DNA of 64,000 nt from Candidatus Poribacteria bacterium (GCA_965218095.1 OZ244587.1:896001-960000), one strand, 5' to 3'; shown: positions 1 to 9,714, numbered from the stretch's first letter. The notes: generated by a model from the letters alone, not told the origin. A program made the numbers and translations.

Positions 1-1
1 G

Positions 2-586
2 GATTGCCAAACTTACGAAGCACTTGAACTAGATCCAGACCGGAAAACCGTGTTTGTTATGGGCGGCAGTCAAGGTGCACACGCCATTAACCAAACTGTA
101 ATGGATGCCCTGAATGATTTAGAGCCCTTCCATCAGCAACTCCAAATCATCCATCAGACGGGAAAAGCGGATTACAAGGAAGTGAAAGCACGGTACATTG
201 CCTCGTCACTGCGATATCTGGTGCAACCGTACTTCGATCCCATTGAGGCAGTTTACAGCATCACTGACTTGATGGTGTGTCGAGCAGGCGGGATGACAAT
301 CTCCGAGATTACCGCCTGTGGCCTTCCAGCAATTTTTATCCCTTTGCCGACGGCTGCCGGCGATCATCAGACGCTGAACGCCCGGGCAGTTGCAGACGCA
401 GGTGGGGCAATTGTGTTGAATCAACACATATTGACCGGATCTGAACTGGCTAGGGAAATCGTGCAAATCATCGCCGATCCCCAAAAGCACCAACGCCTAG
501 CAAACGCAAGCTGCAAGTTAGGCAATCTACACGCTGGCGAAGATATTGCGAAATCGATCTATTCTATCGTAATGCGTAATACGTAA
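2..586 (+). CDS. murG: MurG glycosyltransferase, C-terminal part (5' end outside window)
   Basis: GGSQGA, HQTG, RAGGMTISE and HQTLNA motifs; directly upstream of murC. Confidence 0.95.
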   Translation, partial: DCQTYEALELDPDRKTVFVMGGSQGAHAINQTVMDALNDLEPFHQQLQIIHQTGKADYKEVKARYIASSLRYLVQPYFDPIEAVYSITDLMVCRAGGMTISEITACGLPAIFIPLPTAAGDHQTLNARAVADAGGAIVLNQHILTGSELAREIVQIIADPQKHQRLANASCKLGNLHAGEDIAKSIYSIVMRNT

Positions 587-660
587 GGCATTACGCATTA
601 CGGGAAAAATGTTTTACGCAATACACCTTACATTTCAATTTCACGTTTCAATCATCACGT
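568..660. repeat. Inverted heptamer tandem array
   Basis: gtaatgc gtaatac gtaaggc attacgc attacgg ... tttacgc aatacac cttacat; 13-bp perfect inverted repeat 568-580/590-602. Confidence 0.8.
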
Positions 661-668
661 ATTCTACG

Positions 669-2045
669 ATGTTCGGGAAAACACGTCATATTCACATCAT
701 TGGTATCGGTGGTGCAGGACTCAGCGGGATTGCCGAGATTTTGTTGAGCCTCAACTTTCAGGTGTCCGGATCGGATCTGCACCATACGGAAACCACTGAA
801 CGCCTGGCGGACCTGGGTGCCAAGGTTTATTATGGCCACGCAACTGAACAGATCGGGGGTGCGGACGTTGTCGTCATGTCTCCCGCTGTTCCTCTCCAGA
901 ATCCCGAAGTGATTTCGGCGAAGAAACGCAAGATCCCTGTCATTCGTGGCGCCGAAATGCTCGCAGAAATCATGCAGATGAAATTCAGCGTCGCGATCAG
1001 TGGTACACACGGTAAAACCACAACAACGGCGATGACAGCAGCAGTGCTGGAAAAACTTGATCCAACCGTTGTCGTCGGCGGGAAGCTAGTCAGCCTGGGC
1101 AGCCATGCGCGAATCGGGCATGGGGAAATGATGGTCGTTGAGGCGGACGAGGCCTACGGCTCGATTGAGAAATTCTTCCCGACAATCGCTGTAGTGACAT
1201 CAATTGATGCTGATCACCTTGACTATTACAACAACGTTGAAGAGATCGGCGAGACGTTTCTAAAATTTATTAACAAAATTCCTTTCTACGGTGCCGCGGT
1301 ACTATGCTTGGATCAGGAAAACATCCAGCAACTCATCCCCCGAATCGAAAAACGCTATGTGACCTACGGTATTGAGACGCGCGCAGATTTGATGGCGGAG
1401 CGGTTGCGGGCTGATGGCCCAACTTCGCACTACCGGGTCCGCGCAAACGGGGAGGTTTTAGGAAAAGTTCACCTGAAGATGCCGGGCGACCACAATATCT
1501 CAAACTCGTTGGGAGCAATCGCTGTTGGACTTGAATTAGGAGTACCATTCGATCAGATTCGAGATGCCCTGGAATCTTTTCGTGGGGTCCACCGTCGTTT
1601 TGAGATCATCGGTCAAGTCAACGACATTATTGTGGTTGATGATTATGCGCACAACCCGGCGAAGCTGAAAGCAACCTTCCAGGCTGCCCGTGAGAGTTAT
1701 AATCGTCGTATCGTCGCCGTTTTTCAGCCACACCGTTATCAGCGTGTGAAGCATCTCGCCGAAGAGTTCTCAAGATCGTTTTATCAAACGGACGTATTAA
1801 TTGTTACCTCAATCTATGGCGCCGGAGAGGCGCCAGTCGAAGGAGTTACTGCGCAAAAGCTGGCAGGCGCGATTCAAGCGCATGGACATCGGCATGTGAT
1901 CTATCTCCCGGACGAAAACGAGATTACAGAGACCCTGATGCAGATCGTTCGTCCGAATGATATTGTTATCACAGTTGGTGCGGGCGACATCTGGCAAGTT
2001 GGTCGAGAATTATTGGAAAAGCTCGGTGAAGACATGAGGAGTTAA
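669..2045 (+). CDS. murC: UDP-N-acetylmuramate--L-alanine ligase
   Basis: GIGGAGLSG, GTHGKTTTT, VEADE, DDYAHNP, FQPHRY; start set at ATG 669 because the upstream extension is repeat-derived. Confidence 0.97.
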   Translation: MFGKTRHIHIIGIGGAGLSGIAEILLSLNFQVSGSDLHHTETTERLADLGAKVYYGHATEQIGGADVVVMSPAVPLQNPEVISAKKRKIPVIRGAEMLAEIMQMKFSVAISGTHGKTTTTAMTAAVLEKLDPTVVVGGKLVSLGSHARIGHGEMMVVEADEAYGSIEKFFPTIAVVTSIDADHLDYYNNVEEIGETFLKFINKIPFYGAAVLCLDQENIQQLIPRIEKRYVTYGIETRADLMAERLRADGPTSHYRVRANGEVLGKVHLKMPGDHNISNSLGAIAVGLELGVPFDQIRDALESFRGVHRRFEIIGQVNDIIVVDDYAHNPAKLKATFQAARESYNRRIVAVFQPHRYQRVKHLAEEFSRSFYQTDVLIVTSIYGAGEAPVEGVTAQKLAGAIQAHGHRHVIYLPDENEITETLMQIVRPNDIVITVGAGDIWQVGRELLEKLGEDMRS

Positions 2046-2336
2046 CGAAAATTTTGCACAAATCGTGAAAGACTTATGAGCAAAATTCGGAATCGCCGTA
2101 CAGGTATGTCATCTTGTAATCGTTAAAAATCTCATATTGTGAAAATAGAATTCACGGAATATAGCGCCTGAGAATCTGATCATGTAGGAGTTTGGGCGAG
2201 TTTCTGAAGGATGTGAATTTAACAATACATTATCTTCGATTTCACATCGTCGCATTTTTTAATGGTTACATCTTGTTCAGGAAGCCGCAAAAAGACCCAT
2301 ATTTGTAGATTTGGGGACAAATTGCGTCAATTTTGG

Positions 2337-2365
2337 TTGATATTTGCAATTGTTTGTAGTATAAT
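2337..2365 (+). promoter_or_regulatory. sigma70-type promoter
   Basis: TTGATA-17 bp-TATAAT, 10 nt upstream of ATG 2376. Confidence 0.7.
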
Positions 2366-2375
2366 CAATTACATC

Positions 2376-2573
2376 ATGCGTAAGGAAGTCGTACAGTTCC
2401 GACTTGATAAAGATTTGCACGAGTTTGTGAAGAAATATGCCAAGCTCAAGCGTATGTCAATAAGCCAAGTTATACGGCTTTGTGTCCTTGAATTTTGCGA
2501 CGAACATCAAGACGAAGAACACCAGATGGAGGTGAATGATGTATCTCACTCCCCGGATCAAGGTAAAGCCTGA
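2376..2573 (+). CDS. Small ribbon-helix-helix (CopG/Arc-like) DNA-binding protein, 65 aa
   Basis: VVQFRLDKDLHEFVKKYAKLKRMSISQVIR matches the RHH beta-alpha-alpha pattern; strong promoter immediately upstream. Confidence 0.7.
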   Translation: MRKEVVQFRLDKDLHEFVKKYAKLKRMSISQVIRLCVLEFCDEHQDEEHQMEVNDVSHSPDQGKA

Positions 2574-2652
2574 TGATACACTTGATGCTCTGGCAAAAAA
2601 AGCGGGCGAATCTGTTCAGATGTGGATGCAGATATTACCGCGATGGCGTTAG
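2539..2652 (+). CDS. Small protein of 37 aa, absent from the ORF track (MYLTPRIKVKPDDTLDALAKKAGESVQMWMQILPRWR)
   Basis: GGAGGTG RBS at 2528-2534 before ATG; overlaps the RHH gene by 35 nt; LysM-like or RHH-like pattern. Confidence 0.5.
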   Translation: MYLTPRIKVKPDDTLDALAKKAGESVQMWMQILPRWR

Positions 2653-2970
2653 TGCAATCCACCTTTGGAATAAGGTATCAGGGTTTTTGCTGAATCCTGT
2701 AGTCGGGACTATGACACCCCCCGAGGGATCAATTTTACCGGCATCCTTGTCGCTCAGGAATGCAGCATCTGCGAAATTCCTGACTTGCCTGCGCGCAACG
2801 TACATGCAGGATTTATTCGCGGTGAATACGTTAAGTCTGACACCTTCGCACAGTATATCTTATGAATATGACTTGTTCCCGTTTTTTTGGAGGGTTGTCC
2901 CGATGTTTAATCGGAGGCTGAAGGAGAGACCCAATTGAAATCAGGCGCCTAGATTCCGGAGCCGGTTCGG

Positions 2971-3861
2971 TTGCCAGAGAAACTCGCACAACATATCAAT
3001 GCACCGAGTCTTGGTTACGAAATGCAATCTCCATCACGTCAGTTTCCCACTCGGCCGAAAGTTCATCTACTTCCGGTACGTGAAAATTCCCCACGACAGG
3101 TCGGACGATATTTAACACTTGGCACAATATTTATAATTGCACTGCTTTTTATCCATCATTTGACATCGGCGGGTGGCTTTTTTCGCGTGAAGTGGATTTC
3201 CATCATTGGCAGCGATCACTATACACGAAAAGAGGTTATTGCTGCTTCGGGTTTAAGTCCTCAGCGAAGTAATGTGCATACCCTTTCAGGATATGAAATC
3301 GAAAAACGGCTCAAACAACAACTCAGCTACGTCAAACAAGCAAATATCTCAAAAAGCGTATTAAAACGCGCTCTGACGATCGAGATAACTGAAAGAGAAC
3401 CGGTCGCGCTACTGAAGTATCCTGAAAATAGTCGAGTTCGCTTTGCGTTGGTGGATCTTGAGGGATATATATTAGAATATATTGAGTTGTCGCCAGCTCC
3501 CGATGTAATCGTCACGATTATCAGCGACGGATGGCAACTACCTCAGTTGGGAACTCAGGTTTATTCCGATGGGGTTCAACGGGCCTTAAAAGTGCTACGT
3601 TCCACTCTCAGTCTGACACCCGAAATTGCCTCCACACTCCACACAATTGATGCGAATCAACCGGATAAGATTACTCTCCAATTTAGCAATTTTCCCGTGG
3701 TATGGCTTTCATTGGATTTAATACAAGCTGGAATTTATCATATTGGTCTTTTTATGAAAAATCGAACGACTCTTTTAAAGGAAGGACAAAAGATTTCAAA
3801 TCCTCTTAATGGCTATTTAGACGCTAGGTTCGAGGAAGCTATATATTGGGGAGGACAATAA
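2971..3861 (+). CDS. ftsQ: Cell division protein FtsQ/DivIB (start uncertain)
   Basis: Single TM, POTRA-like segment, ITEREPVA and C-terminal YLDARF; abuts ftsA. Confidence 0.85.
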   Translation: MPEKLAQHINAPSLGYEMQSPSRQFPTRPKVHLLPVRENSPRQVGRYLTLGTIFIIALLFIHHLTSAGGFFRVKWISIIGSDHYTRKEVIAASGLSPQRSNVHTLSGYEIEKRLKQQLSYVKQANISKSVLKRALTIEITEREPVALLKYPENSRVRFALVDLEGYILEYIELSPAPDVIVTIISDGWQLPQLGTQVYSDGVQRALKVLRSTLSLTPEIASTLHTIDANQPDKITLQFSNFPVVWLSLDLIQAGIYHIGLFMKNRTTLLKEGQKISNPLNGYLDARFEEAIYWGGQ

Positions 3862-3862
3862 G

Positions 3863-5104
3863 ATGGCGCTAGAGGATATCGTTGTCGGCCTAGATATCGG
3901 AACCAGCAAAATCGCTGTAATTATTGGAAATACGTGGCAGGGCGATCCGGAAAAGATTGAGATTATTGGAGTGGGCCAAGTCCCTTCCGAAGGATTGCGG
4001 AAAGGGGTTGTCGTCGATGTTGATCTCACGACAGCTTCCATTCGCCAGGCCGTTGAAGCTGCTGAGCTAATGGCAGGGGTTGAGATCGGATCTGTGTACG
4101 CCGGAATCGCAGGTGGACACATTACAGGACAAACTTCTCATGGACTTGTTGCGGTTTCAGGAGAGGGACACGAGATTACACAATCCGATGTGGAACGCGC
4201 AATTAACGCGGCGCAAGCGATCTCAATTCCGGTTGAACGAGAGGTACTTCACATTATTCCGCAAGGTTTCGTTGTCGACAATCAGGATGGGATCAAAGAT
4301 CCGGTAGGCATGTCTGGCATTCGGCTTGAGGCCTACGTCCACATCGTTACGGGTGCAGTTGCGTCAGCGCAAAACCTCGTCAAAAGTATTTATAATGCGG
4401 GCCTTTCCGTTGAAAACATCGTTTTAGAACCTATCGCTTCTGCTGAAGCAGTCTTAACGACCGAAGAAAAGGGACTTGGGGTTGTCCTCGCTGACATGGG
4501 AGGGGGAACCACAGATATTATGATTTATAAGGATGGCGCCGTCCACCATACGGGTGTGCTCTCGCTTGGTGGCAATCATGTAAGGGATGATATTGCTCAA
4601 CTGTTACAAATGACTCCGCAGGAGTCGGAAAGAATCAAGCTGCGTTACGGTTGTGCAATGGTTGACCTCGCGGATCAGAATGACGCCATTCCAATCTCGA
4701 CAGTTGGAGGTGTGCGTAAACCACGTTTCATTAACCGGCAGGACTTGGCAGAGATTATTCAGTGCCGAATGGAAGAGTTCTTAAGTCTGATCGGTCAGGA
4801 AATCTACAATTGCCATCTCAATGTGCCGGCCGGAGTTGTTCTCACCGGTGGAACCACACTTCTTGATGGGCTTCTCGAATTGGCTGAACAGACTTTCCCT
4901 TGTCCAGTGCGGGTCGGATACCCCCACCCATTGAAAGGATTAACAGAGAAAGTACACAGTCCGGTTTATGCAACAGGTGTCGGGCTTGTTCTTTACGGTG
5001 CAATGGAACGGTATAGAGAACCCAAAAGGACTTTCATCAAAGGAACAAACTTGTTTGAGCAAATTCTCAAACGCATGAAAGATTGGTTTGATGACTGGCT
5101 CTAA
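3863..5104 (+). CDS. ftsA: Cell division protein FtsA
   Basis: GLDIGTSK, DMGGGTTD, VVLTGG and C-terminal amphipathic helix. Confidence 0.97.
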   Translation: MALEDIVVGLDIGTSKIAVIIGNTWQGDPEKIEIIGVGQVPSEGLRKGVVVDVDLTTASIRQAVEAAELMAGVEIGSVYAGIAGGHITGQTSHGLVAVSGEGHEITQSDVERAINAAQAISIPVEREVLHIIPQGFVVDNQDGIKDPVGMSGIRLEAYVHIVTGAVASAQNLVKSIYNAGLSVENIVLEPIASAEAVLTTEEKGLGVVLADMGGGTTDIMIYKDGAVHHTGVLSLGGNHVRDDIAQLLQMTPQESERIKLRYGCAMVDLADQNDAIPISTVGGVRKPRFINRQDLAEIIQCRMEEFLSLIGQEIYNCHLNVPAGVVLTGGTTLLDGLLELAEQTFPCPVRVGYPHPLKGLTEKVHSPVYATGVGLVLYGAMERYREPKRTFIKGTNLFEQILKRMKDWFDDWL

Positions 5105-5153
5105 ATACGAGGATGGCGCCAGAATTTTGCACCCTCCAGAAGATAAAAAAGTA

Positions 5154-5182
5154 TTGACTTTAATCTTGTCGTGCTCTATAAT
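5154..5182 (+). promoter_or_regulatory. sigma70-type promoter for ftsZ
   Basis: TTGACT-17 bp-TATAAT. Confidence 0.75.
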
Positions 5183-5371
5183 CTGAATATTTAGTTGTTG
5201 TAGTCTGCGGATTTGCCTCTTTGCTGGGCATTGTGGCTTTCCGTTGAAATACAGAAACTGAACTACAGAAATACGAATTCGGGGTGAACCTATAAACTTG
5301 ACACTCAGGTGCGCGTAAGACAACGGAGGAATTAGGTTACTTCGTCAACAGGCGGGTAACTAAAATTAATC

Positions 5372-6598
5372 ATGAATGATAACGTTATCGAGTTTGTTGA
5401 ACAGGATGAATTTACAAATGTCGCTCGTATCAAAGTTATTGGGGTCGGGGGTGGAGGAAGCAATGCTGTTAGGCGCATGATTGAGGCAGAATTGGCTGGC
5501 GTGGAATTCTATGTGGTTAACACCGATGTCCAAGCTCTCAGAACATGCCAAAATGCGACACGAGTGCAGATTGGCGCTAACACGACGGGAGGACTCGGTG
5601 CTGGGGCATGCCCGGACATAGGACGCAGAGCGGCTGAGGAGGATAAAGAAAACCTCAGAAGCATTGTCGATGGAGCAGACATGGTGTTCGTTACAGCTGG
5701 TATGGGAGGCGGCACAGGTACCGGGGCCGCGCCTATTATTGCCGGTCTTGCCAAGGAAACGGACGCATTGACAATCGGTGTCGTGACACGTCCGTTTGAA
5801 TTTGAGGGTAGGCAGCGAGCCGTCCAGGCGGAGGCCGGCGTCGAAGAGATGCGAGAGAGTACGGATTCCGTTATCGTCATTCCGAACCAGCGTCTTATTG
5901 AGGAATGCGATCGGAAGATGCCCATCCGTACGGCCTTTCGGATGGGGGATCAAATTTTACTCCACGCTGTCCAGAGCATCTCTGATCTCATCATGGTCCC
6001 CGGCGAGATTAATCTTGACTTTGCTGATGTCAGGACGGTTATGGCTAACGCAGGCGGCGCATTGATGGGAATCGGCGTGGCGACCGGTGACAACCGCGCT
6101 GAAAGTGCGGCGAAGCATGCAATCTCTTCGCCCCTGTTGGAGGAAAATTCCATTGAGGGAGCGACGGGAATTATTGTGAATATCACGGGGCCGAGTGACA
6201 TGGCGATGCACGAGTTGGAAGACGCAATGGAGGTTCTCAAAAGCGCCTCGGATACCGAGCAGTTAATTTTTGGGCTTGCTTATGACGAAGGTTTGGAAGA
6301 TGAACTGCGCGTGACTGTGATTGCCACAGGATTTGACCCACAGTACCGAACGAGAAAGCAGCCCGGAGTGCAAGGCGAAGTCACGAATATAGAAGACTTC
6401 TTACGCACCACCCCACCAGGAAACGCAAGGCAAGCCAATTATAGTAGAAGACAGACAGATTCATTTATGCCGCAGTCAAGACTGACGCCGGAACGTCCTA
6501 AACGTGATTTTGCTGAACGTGAACTCGCAGGAAACGATGAAGATATCTTGGATATCCCTGCGTTTCTGCGGGTACGCAGTCTGAAGGACAGAAAATAG
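5372..6598 (+). CDS. ftsZ: Cell division protein FtsZ
   Basis: GVGGGG, GGGTGTG, NLDFADV and C-terminal LDIPAFLR. Confidence 0.99.
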   Translation: MNDNVIEFVEQDEFTNVARIKVIGVGGGGSNAVRRMIEAELAGVEFYVVNTDVQALRTCQNATRVQIGANTTGGLGAGACPDIGRRAAEEDKENLRSIVDGADMVFVTAGMGGGTGTGAAPIIAGLAKETDALTIGVVTRPFEFEGRQRAVQAEAGVEEMRESTDSVIVIPNQRLIEECDRKMPIRTAFRMGDQILLHAVQSISDLIMVPGEINLDFADVRTVMANAGGALMGIGVATGDNRAESAAKHAISSPLLEENSIEGATGIIVNITGPSDMAMHELEDAMEVLKSASDTEQLIFGLAYDEGLEDELRVTVIATGFDPQYRTRKQPGVQGEVTNIEDFLRTTPPGNARQANYSRRQTDSFMPQSRLTPERPKRDFAERELAGNDEDILDIPAFLRVRSLKDRK

Positions 6599-6603
6599 GC
6601 TTT

Positions 6604-8352
6604 GTGCAAGCCCAAATCGCTATGCAACGAGATCTACGCCAAACCTATCAAGAGCTCTTCAAGGGTGAACATCACCCCCCTTTCAATTTCAGGAAAAACA
6701 ACAAGTTTGCGCTGATCTACCCGAGCACCTATTACCTCGGCATGTCAAGTCTTGGGATGCAGGTGATTTACTATCTCCTCAATCAGCGCGAAGATACCTC
6801 ATGCGAGCGTGCATTCCTTCCTGAACCGCAGATACTTTGTAAACTCGACCATAGCCGTACGACGCTATTTTCATTTGAAACGCAGACCCCGCTCAATCAA
6901 TTTAATCTGCTTGGATTCTCAGTCTCGTTTGAATCGGATTATGTCAATATTCCTACTACGTTGGAGATGGCAAAGCTCGAACCCATCGCCGCTGATAGGG
7001 CGGATTCCGATCCGTTGGTTATAGCGGGGGGCATCAATATCTCCTATAATCCCGAGCCCATCGCCGATTTCATTGATGTCTTCGTTGTCGGCGAAGCGGA
7101 GATGACAATTCAGCACCTGATGGATATTTTCGGGGAGTGGAAGGTAAGCGGGGCATCGAAAGCGGAGTTATTGCGGGAACTTGCCACAGTCCCCGGACTT
7201 TATGTTCCACGCTTCTATGAAGTCGATTATAACGATGAGGGTGGCATTGAAGAAATGCGGGCAAACGCACCTGCACCTGCAAGCGTTCGCTCTGTCGCCA
7301 TTCCCAGGCTTGATAGCGCTGAAACCTGTACAAAGATCTTCACACCGGAGACGGAGTTCTCTAATGCGCACCTGATTGAGATTGTACGCGGCTGTGGTCG
7401 GCAATGTCGTTTCTGTGTTGCTGACTATGCGCGGCGATGGCCAAGGCATCGATCTGTAGAGAGTACCTTGCAACTTGCCGAACAAGCGCGTGGTATCACC
7501 GGTCGGATCGGCCTGGTAGGGGCTTCGATCTCAGACCACCCGCAGATTGATGAGATCGCTACAGGGTTGGTGGACAGAGGCTTCCGTATCTCCTGCGCTT
7601 CCCTGCGGGCTGAAACTGTTCGCACACCCTTGCTCGATGCGCTTGCCGATAGCGAACAAGGCACAATCACGATTGCACCAGAAGTCGCGACCGAAAATTT
7701 ACAAAAGGTCGTCAACAAAGCCATCCCGCGCGAACGGCTGTATCACGTTCTTGAACAAGCTATAAAACGAGACATCCTCAACCTCCGCCTCTACTTCCTC
7801 ATTGGCGTCCCCTACGAAACCTCCACCGACGTTGAAGCCATCGTTGATATGGCAAAGGATATGCGATCTATCCTCCTGCCTTACGCCAAAAAGTCTGGAC
7901 GGATGGCGCGTATCAGTTTCACAATTTCACCGATGGTCCCCAAACCCCACACCCCCTTCCAATGGGTAGCGATGGAAGATCCGAAGACAATCTCTCGGAA
8001 ACTCGCATTTCTGAGAAAAGAGATTGGTCGCATCGGTGGGATGAAAGTCTCCTCGGCGAGCGCCCGACTCGCATACCAGGAAGCGGTGTTCGCAAGAGGA
8101 GATCGACGACTTGGCAGGGTGATCTTAGATCTTGCCAGAGGCGCGTCGTGGAAAGCCGCCTTCCGCAAGCACGGCCTGGACCCCGATTTTTACGCCCTCC
8201 GCCCACGTTCACTTGGCGAGTTCAATCCGTGGGATTACCTCGATCTCAATGTCAAGCCCGAATTTCTACGCCTCGAACACAATAAGCATGAGAAAAGATT
8301 CATGACGAGCCCGTGCGATACTGCCGTTTGTAAGAAGTGCGGGGCATGTTGA
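6604..8352 (+). CDS. Radical SAM protein (TIGR03960/YgiQ-like), C-terminal Cys cluster
   Basis: RGCGRQCRFC (CxxxCxxC), YPSTYYLGMSSLG, PKPHTPFQW, terminal CDTAVCKKCGAC. Confidence 0.9.
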   Translation: MQAQIAMQRDLRQTYQELFKGEHHPPFNFRKNNKFALIYPSTYYLGMSSLGMQVIYYLLNQREDTSCERAFLPEPQILCKLDHSRTTLFSFETQTPLNQFNLLGFSVSFESDYVNIPTTLEMAKLEPIAADRADSDPLVIAGGINISYNPEPIADFIDVFVVGEAEMTIQHLMDIFGEWKVSGASKAELLRELATVPGLYVPRFYEVDYNDEGGIEEMRANAPAPASVRSVAIPRLDSAETCTKIFTPETEFSNAHLIEIVRGCGRQCRFCVADYARRWPRHRSVESTLQLAEQARGITGRIGLVGASISDHPQIDEIATGLVDRGFRISCASLRAETVRTPLLDALADSEQGTITIAPEVATENLQKVVNKAIPRERLYHVLEQAIKRDILNLRLYFLIGVPYETSTDVEAIVDMAKDMRSILLPYAKKSGRMARISFTISPMVPKPHTPFQWVAMEDPKTISRKLAFLRKEIGRIGGMKVSSASARLAYQEAVFARGDRRLGRVILDLARGASWKAAFRKHGLDPDFYALRPRSLGEFNPWDYLDLNVKPEFLRLEHNKHEKRFMTSPCDTAVCKKCGAC

Positions 8353-8419
8353 TACTACGAGCCTCACGAAACCTAAATCACAGCCTCAGCCCCTTGCCGT
8401 AGCTGCATTCGCATTCACG

Positions 8420-8610
8420 GTGATCGCAACGATACTGGCTTCGCTTGTCCTCTTTAGGGGGCCTTCCACCTCTGGAGCAACCCTTCCGCTCACGCGAGAA
8501 TCCGCATTCCAACGAGCTAAGTCCGAGAAACTTTTTCGCGTCGGTTATGGTCCATTTCCACCCTACACAATAATCGATCCCGCTGAATCCGACCCAAAGA
8601 AGCGAGTTTT
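8420..8610 (+). pseudogene. N-terminal fragment of an amino-acid-type substrate-binding protein
   Basis: ESAFQRAKSEKLFRVGYGPFPPYTIIDP resembles the start of SBP_bac_3 proteins, then similarity is lost. Confidence 0.45.
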
Positions 8611-8714
8611 GCTACACGGAAAGGAGAAGCTGACTACGTCGCCCTTGAGAAAAGATCAAATTATAGGTCTTAATCTGCCAACCGTCAGGATAATTTTACC
8701 ATTACAGATTCGGA

Positions 8715-8791
8715 GAGCCATGTGCGGTGAAAGTGTGCGCACACGGTTCGGAGAGCGGAGGTGTCCCGCGAGGGACATTCTCCTCCCCTAC
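8715..8791 (+). ncRNA. Group II intron remnant (domains V and VI, 3' end)
   Basis: GAGCCATGTGCGGTGAAAGTGTGCGCACACGGTTC (DV with AGC triad and GAAA loop), then GGAGAGCGG-hairpin-CCTCCCCTAC (DVI and AC terminus). Confidence 0.85.
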
Positions 8792-8817
8792 CCACACCCC
8801 CGCCCCCAGTTTTGGGC

Positions 8818-8846
8818 TTGACATCAAATTCTATGAATGCTATCAT
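8818..8846 (+). promoter_or_regulatory. sigma70-type promoter
   Basis: TTGACA-17 bp-TATCAT with extended TG. Confidence 0.7.
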
Positions 8847-8907
8847 CCAAACATTCAGCGTGCCTCTGATTGGGTAACACCTAAATCCAATAAATCCAAG
8901 GCAAAAA

Positions 8908-9714
8908 ATGGTAGACATTCATTCGCATATCCTCCCCCTTCTTGATGATGGTTCGTATTCACTGGACGAATCAATCGTTATGCTCAAAAAGAGTATTATG
9001 TCTGGCGTTGATGTGATTGTTGCAACGCCTCACCTCTACCCGGGGCGTTACGCAGCATCAACGATGGATCGGGATGAGGCGTTTACAGAATTGCAGGATG
9101 AAGTCAAACGGTGCCAACTGCAAATTGAAATGTTTCCGGGGCGCGAATGCTACTTCAGTCCTGAAATTTATGACTATGAACAAGATCTTGGCAAACTCAC
9201 CATCACGGATAACGGTAGATACCTGCTTATTGAATCACCAATGCAGGAGATTCCTCAATATGCCGATTAGATAATCTTTGATCTCCAAATGAAGGGGGGC
9301 GCGCCGATTATTGCTCACGCTGAACGCTACTACACTATCATTGAAGATCCAAATTTGCTCCACAGATACATTCAGATGGGTTGCCTGATCCAGGTCAATG
9401 TTGGCAGCTTACTCGGGGAGTCGGGAGGCTATATTCAGCGGATGGCAGAAATTTTGCTGACACATCAAATGGGGCATATCGTCGCGTCGGATATGCACAC
9501 GCGCTCCTCAATTGCTCTGGGCGAAGGCTTTGAAGCCTTATCAGAAATCGTTGGCAAGGAAGAGAGCTTGCGCCTTGTTAAAGAGCGTCCGCGAGCGATT
9601 ATCCAAAATCTTCCCGTTCAGCTTCCGGATCCGTTAGCGTATCGTCCAAAGAAGCGCTTCGAGAACTTATGGAGATTATTCAGTAAACCTTCACCGTCTA
9701 GAGATGATTCTTAA
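8908..9714 (+). pseudogene. CpsB/CapC (PHP-family) tyrosine phosphatase with one in-frame TAG at 9268-9270
   Basis: DIHSH, TPH, AHAERY and ASDMH motifs; ORFs 8908-9270 and 9289-9714 are in the same frame. Confidence 0.85.

Noticed and set aside
2045-2340. AT-rich spacer as oriC
   Set aside because: No DnaA-box cluster seen
2573-2938. 121-aa ORF upstream of ftsQ
   Set aside because: No RBS or motif; overlaps the better-supported 37-aa ORF
5114-5130. sigma54-like TGGC...TTGC before ftsZ
   Set aside because: GG-to-GC spacing is 12, not 10
8337-8350. GTGCG as the 5' end of the group II intron
   Set aside because: It encodes the KCGAC terminus of the radical SAM protein and leaves too little room for domains I-IV
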